Source of the DNA: Corallococcus sp. AB038B
GTDB lineage: Bacteria > Myxococcota > Myxococcia > Myxococcales > Myxococcaceae
Length of the DNA stretch: 64,000 bases
Assembly: GCF_003668955.1 (NCBI RefSeq)
Contig: NZ_RAWO01000002.1
Coordinates: 279,605 to 343,604, forward strand
Reading direction: 5' to 3'
The notes beneath the pieces are model-generated. The model did no database searches and was not told the origin of the DNA. It saw only the letters and a program-made list of their open reading frames with translations. How positions within the stretch are numbered: the stretch's first letter is position 1; each line of letters begins with the position of its first letter. The position numbers were made by a program, and so were the translations under genes. Of the stretch, positions 27,701 through 35,767 are shown piece by piece.

Positions 27701-30580
27701 GACGTTGTCCACGAAGAACGCCGTGCCGGACGGCTCGATGTGGATGTCGGTGACCTTCAGTGGCTCGGAGGCGGTGCTGCTGTTGGTCACGTTGAGGCTG
27801 ATGTCTGCGTGGATGAGCTTGTTCTGCTTGTAACCAAAGTTGATCTCGGTCGCGGTGAAGATGGCGTTGGGACCATTGGAGTTGCCCTTCACGACGAGCA
27901 CGGGCGGCAGCTGCCGGTCATTCGTGGTGAAGAAGCGCAGCCGCGTCTCCAGGTCGCCCGTGCTGGTCAGGGGACGGAAGCGCACCTTCACCTTGGTCTC
28001 TCCGCCTGGCTGCACGGTCTGGGGCAGGAAGTCGACGACCTGGAACAAGGCGTCGCTTTCCGCGGTGACCTTCGACAGGAACAGGGCCTGGTTGCCGGTG
28101 TTGCGCAAGGTCGCATCGGCCGTGGACTCTCCGCCGGGCGCCACGTTGGGCAACGTCAAGGGGTTGTTGACCAGGAACAGCTCAGGGGCGAACGCCTGTC
28201 CGGTGAGTGCCACGGGGGGCACGGGCTGCGAGGCATCCGTCTGGAGTTGGAGCGTCTTCGAATAGGTACCCGAGGTGGTCGCGGCGAAGGCCACCGTCAC
28301 CGCGGCGGTACCCCCGTTCTTCGCGACGGTCAGGCCCTCCGCCGGAATGCCGGAGATCGTGAACGGGGTCAGGACCCCGGGGGACACGGGGAACACCTTG
28401 ATGGGCCAGTTGGTGCTGTTCGAGAGGATCACCTGCTGGGTCGGGTACGGGTCGCCGACGGTGTAAACAGCGAAGGCCAGGGTGGTCGTGCTGACCGCCA
28501 GCGTGGTCTTGCGCGCGGTGCCATGGAGGGGAACGCTGGTCACGCAGGAGGTGGTGGGCGACGTGCCGAAGGTGAGCACGCCATTCACGGCACCGCTCTC
28601 GTTGGGGCCGGGGTTGAACGTGATGAAGAGCTCACGCCCCGCCGGGCCTGGCGCCAGGGTGAACGCCGTGCTGGGGCTCACGGAATAGGCGCTGCTCCCC
28701 GTCGTCACGGTGGGCGTCACCGTCAGCGGGACCGACCCTGTGTTGGTCACCGTCACCTTCTTCTGCTCACTGCCCACGTCTCCTGCCTCCTGTTCGGCGA
28801 ATTCGAACGAAAGGGGGTCGATACCCAGGCAGGCGTTGCCCGGCGTCGTGGTGCCGGACAGATTGAGTTCGGGGGCGGCGGTGTCGTTGCTGGTGAAGGT
28901 GAGCTTGCCGGTCGTGGCGCTCGTCGGCGTCGGGTGGAAGATCAGCTGCAGGCGCTGGGTATCTCCGGGCGCGAGGCTGAAGGTGCCCGAGGTGTCCACC
29001 CGGAAGGGTGAGTCCTGTGGCAGCGTCATCTGGGTCACCGTGAGCAGGCTGTCCCCGCCGTTCTTGACCGTGACCTCCTGGGGAGCGCTGTCGGTGTTGA
29101 AGGGCGTCTGCGCAAAGGCAATCGCGGTGCGGCTCAAGACGAGCTTCGGGCTGGATGGCGTGGTGCCTGAGAGCGTCAGGGACTGATCGGCGACATTGCT
29201 CTTGATGACCAGGGTGTCGGAGGCAGCCCCGGACGCACCCGGCCGGAACGTCACATTCAGGCGTTGGGTCCCCCCCGGGGCGATGCTGAAGGGGGCCGAT
29301 GTATCCACCCGGAAGGCGGAGCCCTGGCTCAACGCCAGTTGGGTCACGTTGAGCGCACTGCCGCCTTCGTTCCGGAGCGTGACCTCCTGGGGGATGCTGT
29401 CTGTGTTCAGCGGCGTCTGCGGGAAGACCATCGTCGTGCGGCTCAAGACGAGCTTCGCGGGAACGACCGCCGGAGTCGCGCCAGCCAGCGTGACGGCGGG
29501 CACGTCGGTGCCGGCGATGGTGAGGCTGAGGGTGTGGTTCCAGGTGCCCGTCACCGTCGGGCGGAACGTCACCCCCAGACGTTGGGTGCTGCCCTTCGCG
29601 AGGCTGAAGGGGCCCGTGGTGTCGACGCGGAACGGTGAGTTGGCGGGCAGCTTGACCTGGCTCACCGAGAGCAGTCCGTCGCCGTCGTTCCGGACGATGA
29701 CCTCCTGGGTGACGCTGTCGGTGTTCACCGGCGTGGCCTCGAAGGCCAGCGCGGTGCTGCTCACATAGAGCTTCGCGGGGGACAGCCCCTCACCGGTGAG
29801 CATGGCGGTTGGCGGGGCGGGGCACACGGCGGACGCGCTCGTCAGGAAGAGCGAGCCCGAGACGGGGCCCAGGTCGTTAGCGGTCAGGGGAGTGAAGGTC
29901 AACGCGAGCGTCGTCGAGCTCGCGGGCGGGATGGTCACCGTGGCGCCGGACACGTTGAAGGGCGCGGTGGCGGAAGGCTCCATTGTGAAGTTCGTATTGC
30001 CCAGGTTCATCACCGTGACGTTGCGCGGTGTCGAAGAACCCAATTCATGGGCACCGAACGCCACGGACGTCTGGCCGAGGACGACCAGTGGGCCCAGGGC
30101 CTTTCCATCCAGCGTCACGACGATCGACGGGGCGGCTGGATCGTTCGTGTGCAGCGTCAGCGTGCCGTGGAAGGTCCCGGGCTGAAGCGGCTTGAATCCA
30201 ATCTTCAAGGTCCTTGCGTTCGTGCTGCTCAGGGGCGTGTTCGGCACGGGGCAGTTGGTGTCGCATTTGTTGGACGACGTGTCGAAAATGCCCTCGAAGG
30301 TGAAACCCCCGGTGACGCTCACCCGGTGAATCGTGAGCTCCGTGGTGCTGGTGTTGAACAGCTTGATGGATTTCTCCGCCGACAGAGTCTGGCACGGGGC
30401 CTGGTCGTTGAAGTTGACGAGGGTGTCCGACACGCTGAGCGCCGCCGCGGGATCCTCGGGTCGCAGCGCCGCGCCGACGGTGCTCTTGGCGGTGCCGGAC
30501 TCCGGTGCCTTCTCCACCTCGGGACCGCAGGCGGTCAGGACGCACAGTGCAGCCGTCAGGATGAACAGGATGCGTTGCAT
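24722..30580 (-). CDS. Giant (1952 aa) MYXO-CTERM-anchored surface lipoprotein built of ASH / choice-of-anchor-D-like Ig-fold repeats
   Basis: Lipobox LTAC at the N-terminus. About 15 repeats of ~100 aa (..F..T.V...S..Q.V.L.N.G...L.V..V.L.....F.V....PF.L.PG..Q.L.V.F.P...G....L...SN). C-terminal GGGCACGTSGDGG + hydrophobic helix + RQGRR matches the MYXO-CTERM sorting signal. Confidence 0.8.
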   Translation of the reverse strand: MQRILFILTAALCVLTACGPEVEKAPESGTAKSTVGAALRPEDPAAALSVSDTLVNFNDQAPCQTLSAEKSIKLFNTSTTELTIHRVSVTGGFTFEGIFDTSSNKCDTNCPVPNTPLSSTNARTLKIGFKPLQPGTFHGTLTLHTNDPAAPSIVVTLDGKALGPLVVLGQTSVAFGAHELGSSTPRNVTVMNLGNTNFTMEPSATAPFNVSGATVTIPPASSTTLALTFTPLTANDLGPVSGSLFLTSASAVCPAPPTAMLTGEGLSPAKLYVSSTALAFEATPVNTDSVTQEVIVRNDGDGLLSVSQVKLPANSPFRVDTTGPFSLAKGSTQRLGVTFRPTVTGTWNHTLSLTIAGTDVPAVTLAGATPAVVPAKLVLSRTTMVFPQTPLNTDSIPQEVTLRNEGGSALNVTQLALSQGSAFRVDTSAPFSIAPGGTQRLNVTFRPGASGAASDTLVIKSNVADQSLTLSGTTPSSPKLVLSRTAIAFAQTPFNTDSAPQEVTVKNGGDSLLTVTQMTLPQDSPFRVDTSGTFSLAPGDTQRLQLIFHPTPTSATTGKLTFTSNDTAAPELNLSGTTTPGNACLGIDPLSFEFAEQEAGDVGSEQKKVTVTNTGSVPLTVTPTVTTGSSAYSVSPSTAFTLAPGPAGRELFITFNPGPNESGAVNGVLTFGTSPTTSCVTSVPLHGTARKTTLAVSTTTLAFAVYTVGDPYPTQQVILSNSTNWPIKVFPVSPGVLTPFTISGIPAEGLTVAKNGGTAAVTVAFAATTSGTYSKTLQLQTDASQPVPPVALTGQAFAPELFLVNNPLTLPNVAPGGESTADATLRNTGNQALFLSKVTAESDALFQVVDFLPQTVQPGGETKVKVRFRPLTSTGDLETRLRFFTTNDRQLPPVLVVKGNSNGPNAIFTATEINFGYKQNKLIHADISLNVTNSSTASEPLKVTDIHIEPSGTAFFVDNVNSSEPVLEKGVKRPQPFRVTFSPIIEDLKYEARLEITYLGTTSNLRTTRSFPLVGFGAEARFTTSKADLIFTATQPGSSNTLSLDIINTGHVDVDLAEVAANLGTFNIDVLGWPNAIVPVNGTRQIDVTFAPQLSGNYSANLSLATKPPATAGLVVKLSGVAAVAQLQMNPTQLVFNEVPRQTSSTQTVVLKNIGSAPLEIKNVSTAIGPFKAMLQNNPQFPVFLQRSESALLDVTFTPDVAQDVTGTVQVQSNSSDSQIQTITVSGRGTIPVLTLPGGAPEFAPQALNVEGDSKRLVVKNIGKAPLVVYAVEVPDQFCLREDSQQTTACQSSLSPNVPGPIFTVAPGLEHYVYISAKPTQLLTIERNLTISSNAEPSGTIVKLIVDGVGGVSLSPSSIDFGRVNFGSFLEKTVTVTNTGITDANISVTLPPGSSEFSVQETLPRVPANGSASVKLRFTPQGATGGLRTTKASVRVEASSQAPLELGLQGMATLARLAVTRKDAQAFDGSLDFGGVRVNTTSEAIVLRLTHALPAGSGGAGTESSTLKVEDISLNAADPTSFILQKPSLPLVLNAGNSMDVSVQFRPGTQQPYSAELRITSEDSQTSTMLVQLKGQGRTNQLSLSTPTLEFGARVAESSASAIRSVRLTNESLQPLVVRGLEIIGAAENSEPSHFSLDSAPTLPFTLAAQESREISVKFVPRPDVTSKANLLVVTSDLESPNAQVSLSGRGLSTVFRALNRTVDFGTVRQAEPATTKVVLINDSTQELVVMPPKVEGPQAANFVVLSPILGAEGRALPQGDSLTLDLKYDTTQIGASRATLVVGTKDQERAALVALSGISVASFLTIEPFELDLGWVDIGATSTARTVTLTNQSASPARLSVVENTNPAFVIDASALDAELAPGAQTTVSVTFHGEVGGPAEGTLKLRLRGETTAEASLTLKGQARTLGGTGGGCACGTSGDGGAALALLLLLGLGLARQGRRNQLQKERAS
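28840..29780 (-). repeat. Three near-identical tandem ~310-bp repeats inside the giant gene (approximate bounds)
   Basis: Repeated peptides PAKLVLSRT..F.QTP.NTDS.PQEVT..N.G.S.L.VTQ..L.Q.S.FRVDTS..FS.APG.TQRL in the translation. Confidence 0.5.
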
Positions 30581-30589
30581 GAGACGACC

Positions 30590-31105
30590 TCAGTTCTCGG
30601 CGTGGAGGGCCGGGGCCTTGGCGGAAGAGGAGGGTGGAGGCTTCGGGGCGGCGGGCGGCTCGGGCGGCTTCGCCGCGTCGTCGCTTTCCTTGGGCGCCGC
30701 GGGCTGCGTTCCCGTGCGGATGCGCCCTTCGAGCAGCTCGATGTCCAGCGAGCCGGGCGTGGGCGTGTTGACGAACTGCTGCCAGGTGCCGTCCGGTGCG
30801 GTGAACAGGAACGACACCGCCACCGGCGCGGCGGCGTCCGGCAGCGGCACCTTCAGGCGCTGCAGCGTTCCCGGATAGATGAGCGCGGACAGCAGCACGT
30901 CCGCGTCCGGTTGGAAGATGCGCGCGGAGACCTCGCCGTAGGACTCCACGGCGAACTGCTTCGGGTCCACCTTGCGCACCAGCATGTACAGCGGCCGGCC
31001 CTGGTTCGTCCCGGACGGCGCCTTCACGCTCAGGTGCAGCGTGCTCGGCTGGCACGCGGCCAGGAAACACAGCGCCAACGGGATACAGCTCGCCCACGGT
31101 TTCAT
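30590..31105 (-). CDS. tssJ: Small outer-membrane lipoprotein, putative TssJ
   Basis: Lipobox LAAC, a ~120-aa beta-rich core and a P/A-rich tail. Its ATG overlaps the tssM stop as ATGA. Assignment rests on size, lipoprotein nature and its position after tssM. Confidence 0.5.
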   Translation of the reverse strand: MKPWASCIPLALCFLAACQPSTLHLSVKAPSGTNQGRPLYMLVRKVDPKQFAVESYGEVSARIFQPDADVLLSALIYPGTLQRLKVPLPDAAAPVAVSFLFTAPDGTWQQFVNTPTPGSLDIELLEGRIRTGTQPAAPKESDDAAKPPEPPAAPKPPPSSSAKAPALHAEN

Positions 31106-34100
31106 CGCGGCACCTCGCGGAACGGGATCCAGGGCTCACCTTTGAGCCCGAAGCGCAGGTCCATCATCCCGTCCGTGGACAGGGCACCTCGCGCTCGCAA
31201 CGACCAACGGCGGTGCTGCGGGTCTTCCGTGGACTGCGAGGACTCCAGCAGCCGGAAGCAGCTCCACGCCGAACGTGACTTCTCCAGCGACGCGTACTGC
31301 ACGGACTGGTCCGCGGGCGCTCGCACCTCCAGCATCAGCGACGCCGTCTGCTGGTCCCACCACGCGAGCGGGAACTCCTGCCACGACGGACTCTGGTTGT
31401 ACGCGAGGAACGTCGTCTTGCCGCACTTGAGCGAACCCAGCGTCACGAAGCTGCCCTGCGTGGGTGCCTTCGGCAGTGGCAACGGCATCACCTGCAGCAT
31501 CAGGGGCCGGGGCCTTCCCTCCGGGTCCCACAACATGCGGGCCAGCCGCGACAGCCTCCCCAGCGTGGGCAACATCCCCTGCGGCAACGACAGCCGGGAC
31601 TGGAGCGCGCCTCGCGGCACCCACTCCGAGCCTCGCTCCTCGCACACCGGCGCCAGCACCCGCGTCACGAACTCCCAGAACGCTCCGTCCTGCTTGCGCA
31701 GGACCTCCAGGTCTCCCGGATCCACCTCCTGGGTCGCGTCCGGCGTGAACGGATAGCGATTCAGCAGCGGACGCAGGAACCGGCTGGATGCGTCGTCCCA
31801 GTGCCGCTCCAGGGTCCGCTCAATCTCGCGCTGCCCCAGGTCTCGCACCGCGAGGAACGGCTGGCGGAACGGTTGCCGCAGCTCTCCGATGAGCCCCTGT
31901 TGATCCAACCACGCGTCCACCTTGCGCAGGTAGGACGTGTCGTCCTCCAGCATCATCGCGAAGGCCAGCCGCCCCAGCGGCGTCAGCAGCTCCGGCAGCT
32001 TCGCGGCCCCGCTCGCCAGCTGCGCGCTGCCGGTGGCCAGGCCCCCGTTGAGCGACGCCGTCGCCTCCGCGGGCACCACGCCCGGACGGGGCACCGCGTT
32101 CAGCTCGTCCGACATCTGGGCCACCAGCGCGCGGTAGGGGTTGAGCGCCGTGTAGTTGCCCGTCTCATCCGGCTTCATCACCGTGGCGATGGGCTTGAAC
32201 GGCGCCACCGCGTTGCGCAGCGACTCGTAGAAGGGGCCGTCCAACGGCTCCAGCGCCACGCCCTGCGACACGTCGCGCAGCATGTCCACCAGCTCCGAGG
32301 ACGGCTGCGTGAGGCGCGACAGCTCCTCCGCCAGGAGCGCGGGAATCACCGCCTGGAAGCGGTAGGTGGACACGCGCTGGAACAGCCGGTTGCGGTACTG
32401 GAACGCGAACTGGTTCACCTTGCGGCGCACGTGCTCCTGGCGCTGCGACACCTCCTCCACCGGGAGCCCCGCGCCCTTGATTCGCGTGGTGAACTCGTCC
32501 ACCAGCGGGCGCAGCCGCGTGTCGAACTCCAGCCGGTCCGCCGCCAGGGTCGCGCCACCCCGCGACGCCACCGCCTCCTCGCCCTCCACCACGCCGAAGG
32601 GCAGGCGCCCCGTCTTCTCGTGGTAGCGCAGGAGCGCCTGGTGCAGCAGGCGCGAGCCGTCCTTGGGGCGGAACTCGAAGGTGCTCTGGAGCACCGGCAC
32701 CTGGAGCACCGCGGGGCCGTTGCCCGGCAGCCACAGGCCGTCGCGCACCAGCAGCTCCGCCACGGTCATCTTCTGCACCGCCTTCACGCCCAGGTACGCC
32801 TCTTCCTCCATGCGCAGCACGTTCGTCAGCGCGTCCCGGTGGTCGTTGATCCACGCCACCGTCTTGAGCGTGGAGGGGATGCCCCGGAAGCGACTGGTGT
32901 CCACGCGCGCCTCGGAGGCCGCCAGGAGCTCCAACGCACGCGGCAGGCTGCTGAAGCGCGCGCTGTCATCCAGCAGCGCCTGGAGCCGCCTGCGTTCGTC
33001 CTGCATGGACTCCAGCTCCGCGTCCAACCGCTCCAGCTCGCGCGGCTCCACGGCCCGGTTGCCCAGCAGGTCCTGCAAGCGCCGCAGGTGCGCCTGCCAC
33101 GGCATCAGCTGCGCCTCCAGCGTGAGCGGCTCCGGGAAGGGCCAGCGCGCCCAGCTGGCCTCGGGCGTGTCCGGCGCGGACCACGGCGGATTGCTCATGA
33201 CGACGTAGTCGGCCACCAGGGACTCATTCAGCCCCACCGCCGTCACCCAGGTGCGCCCCGCCTCCAGCGCGGCCACGTCGCCGGGGGACTCAACCTCGCT
33301 GCCTTCCGACACGAAGCTCCAGGTCGGGCGCGTCTTCAGGCTGGACAGCACCAGCTGCCCCAGCGGCTCTTCGCGCGAGCCGTGCAACGTGGCCAGCAGG
33401 TAGACGACCTGCTCCGGACGGCACGTGTCCGGCTGGCGGTGGCACTTCTCCAGCGCGGGCCGGATGTGGGCCTCTCGGATGCCCCGCGCCAGGCGCTGGC
33501 GCAGGTCCTCTCGCGCGCCGGTGAAGCTGTAGCGCAACAGCGGCCACGCGTTCATCGCCCTCCACAGTGAGTCCAGGGACTGGCCAGCCGCGAGCACCGG
33601 CTCCTGCACCGCGACCCCGGACACCTCCTGCCCCTGGTCGCGCATGCGCTGGACCATGTCCTCGAAGCGCTGCACGCGCGTGCGCGCCTGGCCCAGCCTC
33701 CACGCGAAGTGCCCGTACGCGGCCAACAGCGGCAGCGCGAACGCCAGGCCCAGCAGCGCCGCCCGGCGCAGGTGCGTGTGCATGTAGCGCTCGTGGACCG
33801 CCTTCGCCGTGCTCGCCTCGGCGGACACCGAGAGGACGTCCGGGTCCCTCGCGTCCTTGTCCGCGGAGGACAGCGACACCGTGGCCAGCCGGGGCGCGTA
33901 CGCCAGCGTCTGGCCCTCCATCAGCGCCGTCACGAAGCGCGACAGCGCCTCGAAGGGCGCGTGGCCTTCCGAATAGAAGCGCTCCAGCCGCTCGAAGGAC
34001 TCCACCGGCAGCGCCGTCAGGCCCAGCGCCAGGTACTGCTCCTGCGCCTTGAGCAGCGAACCCAGCTTGGGCTCCTGGCCGGGCGGGGGGAGGGGGAAGC

Positions 34101-34803
34101 GCAGCGGCACGAGGTGCGCGCGCAAGAGCTTCGCGAAGTCCGCGTAGCCCTCGCGCTCATCCAGGTGGGTGAGGCATACGCGCGTCTCGAACGCGCCTCC
34201 GCGGACCTCCGCCAACAGGTTCAGCTTGCCTCGCAACAGCTGCGCCGCGCGGCGCACCTCGTCCGGGGGCGTGTCCTGAAGCCAGCGCGCGTCCAGCACC
34301 AGCACCGCCAGCGCCTGCTGACCGCCGCCGAAGCTGTCCTTCCACAGCCGGCGCAGGGCCTCGCGCGCCTGGGGCGACTCGTCCTCCAACAGCTGCGGGG
34401 ACACCTCCTGGGCCACCACGTCCGCGCCCAGGTAGATCTGGAGCAGCGAGTCCGTGAGGAGGCTGGGCAGGAACTGCCGCGCCTGCCGCTTCCAGTCCAG
34501 GTCCAGCTCGATGAGCCGCGACTTGCCCGCGCCCGCAGGGCCCAGCACCACCACACCTGGCAGGTCCCGTACCGCCACGCGGTGGCGCAGCGGCAGCCCG
34601 GCCAGGAACTTCTCGCGCACCTTGCGCAGCCGGTTCTTCGCCAGGGGCTCCGGCGCGGCGGCCCCTCCGGCCGGCGCGCTCTTGCGCTTCGCGCGCCACA
34701 CGAGGAACAGCGGCACGAAGAGGGCCAGCAGCGCCAGGAGGATCAGCGCGTACGGCTTCCACTTCGGCGGAATGAACGCCGTCAGTTTCTTGAGGACATC
34801 CAT
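31102..34803 (-). CDS. tssM: T6SS membrane subunit TssM (IcmF family)
   Basis: 1233 aa. N-terminal TM helices, Walker A GPAGAGKS and a long periplasmic IcmF-like C-terminal region. Confidence 0.85.
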   Translation of the reverse strand: MDVLKKLTAFIPPKWKPYALILLALLALFVPLFLVWRAKRKSAPAGGAAAPEPLAKNRLRKVREKFLAGLPLRHRVAVRDLPGVVVLGPAGAGKSRLIELDLDWKRQARQFLPSLLTDSLLQIYLGADVVAQEVSPQLLEDESPQAREALRRLWKDSFGGGQQALAVLVLDARWLQDTPPDEVRRAAQLLRGKLNLLAEVRGGAFETRVCLTHLDEREGYADFAKLLRAHLVPLRFPLPPPGQEPKLGSLLKAQEQYLALGLTALPVESFERLERFYSEGHAPFEALSRFVTALMEGQTLAYAPRLATVSLSSADKDARDPDVLSVSAEASTAKAVHERYMHTHLRRAALLGLAFALPLLAAYGHFAWRLGQARTRVQRFEDMVQRMRDQGQEVSGVAVQEPVLAAGQSLDSLWRAMNAWPLLRYSFTGAREDLRQRLARGIREAHIRPALEKCHRQPDTCRPEQVVYLLATLHGSREEPLGQLVLSSLKTRPTWSFVSEGSEVESPGDVAALEAGRTWVTAVGLNESLVADYVVMSNPPWSAPDTPEASWARWPFPEPLTLEAQLMPWQAHLRRLQDLLGNRAVEPRELERLDAELESMQDERRRLQALLDDSARFSSLPRALELLAASEARVDTSRFRGIPSTLKTVAWINDHRDALTNVLRMEEEAYLGVKAVQKMTVAELLVRDGLWLPGNGPAVLQVPVLQSTFEFRPKDGSRLLHQALLRYHEKTGRLPFGVVEGEEAVASRGGATLAADRLEFDTRLRPLVDEFTTRIKGAGLPVEEVSQRQEHVRRKVNQFAFQYRNRLFQRVSTYRFQAVIPALLAEELSRLTQPSSELVDMLRDVSQGVALEPLDGPFYESLRNAVAPFKPIATVMKPDETGNYTALNPYRALVAQMSDELNAVPRPGVVPAEATASLNGGLATGSAQLASGAAKLPELLTPLGRLAFAMMLEDDTSYLRKVDAWLDQQGLIGELRQPFRQPFLAVRDLGQREIERTLERHWDDASSRFLRPLLNRYPFTPDATQEVDPGDLEVLRKQDGAFWEFVTRVLAPVCEERGSEWVPRGALQSRLSLPQGMLPTLGRLSRLARMLWDPEGRPRPLMLQVMPLPLPKAPTQGSFVTLGSLKCGKTTFLAYNQSPSWQEFPLAWWDQQTASLMLEVRAPADQSVQYASLEKSRSAWSCFRLLESSQSTEDPQHRRWSLRARGALSTDGMMDLRFGLKGEPWIPFREVPR

Positions 34804-34806
34804 GGT

Positions 34807-35121
34807 TCAGCGCTCCCCCCAGCCCAGGACGCGCCCAGCCCGGCCCGAGCGATGCAGGGCCTCCAGGACGTCCTCCAACGTGTCCACCATGCCCGCGAAC
34901 GACGCGCGCGCCTTCTCCTGCTCCTCCGGTGACAACCGCGCGTCACCCGGCCCCGGCATCAGGCGGGCCAGCGTCTGGCCCAGTTCGTCCAGCATGGGTT
35001 CCAGGCCAAAGGTCCCGACCCCCAGGCGCGCGGCGATGAGCCGCCGCACCTCCTGGAGCAGGGCGGGCGCGGCGTCGATGGGGGGCGCGGGCGGAGTCTG
35101 GGGAGCGGCTTGAGGCTTCAC
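34807..35121 (-). CDS. Small hypothetical protein (104 aa) between tssL and tssM
   Basis: GTG start overlaps the tssL stop as GTGA. Its stop lies 4 nt before the tssM ATG. GC-rich codon bias. The ORF-track N-terminal extension is rejected. Confidence 0.4.
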   Translation of the reverse strand: MKPQAAPQTPPAPPIDAAPALLQEVRRLIAARLGVGTFGLEPMLDELGQTLARLMPGPGDARLSPEEQEKARASFAGMVDTLEDVLEALHRSGRAGRVLGWGER

Positions 35122-35756
35122 CGGGTCACCCACCAGAGCAGGCACTGCAGCCCCAGCACGCTCGCGGCGCTGATGGCGTAGTAGCGGGCGGGAAAGGCGT
35201 AGAGCAGCGGCCCGGTGGACTCGCCGGACGCGGCGAGGGCGGGCGGTGGCGGGGGCGTGACGATGCGCGCGGACAGCCGCTCCTGGTACTCGCGCAGCTT
35301 CGCGGTGTGTCCCAGGTAGCGGCCTCCGAAGCCCGCCGTGATGCAGAAGTGGAGCATCTCGAAGAGCAGCGCGGGCGACCCCGGCTGATCCAGGCGCTGA
35401 TCCGCCAGCGTGTAGAAGGCCTCGCCGCCGCCGTCCTCGCCGAAGAGGCGGTACTGCAAGAGCGGCCACAGCGGCTGCTCCGCGTCCACGAGCCGCAGGA
35501 GGACGCGCTCGTCCACCAGGTACGTGAAGGGCCTCAGCGCGTCCTGCACCTCCTCGTCGCGGGCGTGGGCGCCCAGGCCCGCGCGCAGCCGCTCAATCAC
35601 CTCCAGGAGCTCGTCGTGGAGCCTGCGCAGGCCCTCGCGGCCCAAGAGCCCCGCCGCCGCGGCCGACCCGGGCGCGGCCTGCGGCAGCCACCCGTCCAGC
35701 ACGGACTGGGCCTGCCGGTACTGCGTGAAGACGACCTGCCAGTGCTCGAGCTTCAT
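35118..35756 (-). CDS. tssL: T6SS membrane subunit TssL (DotU family)
   Basis: DotU-like core (FYTLADQRL...LLFEMLHFCITAGFGGRY) and a C-terminal TM anchor. ATG at 35756. Confidence 0.75.
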   Translation of the reverse strand: MKLEHWQVVFTQYRQAQSVLDGWLPQAAPGSAAAAGLLGREGLRRLHDELLEVIERLRAGLGAHARDEEVQDALRPFTYLVDERVLLRLVDAEQPLWPLLQYRLFGEDGGGEAFYTLADQRLDQPGSPALLFEMLHFCITAGFGGRYLGHTAKLREYQERLSARIVTPPPPPALAASGESTGPLLYAFPARYYAISAASVLGLQCLLWWVTR

Positions 35757-35767
35757 CGCGCCCCCCG

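Larger units (their letters stand above)
20059..30580 (-). other. Lower-GC (~55-60%) four-gene block inserted between the T6SS tssJ-like gene and the pentapeptide-repeat gene; putative horizontally acquired module
   Basis: Local base composition falls visibly relative to flanks of ~68-70%. All four genes are co-directional. Junctions are 9 nt, ATGA overlap, 15 nt and 47 nt. No integrase, tRNA or IS is present in the window. Confidence 0.45.
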
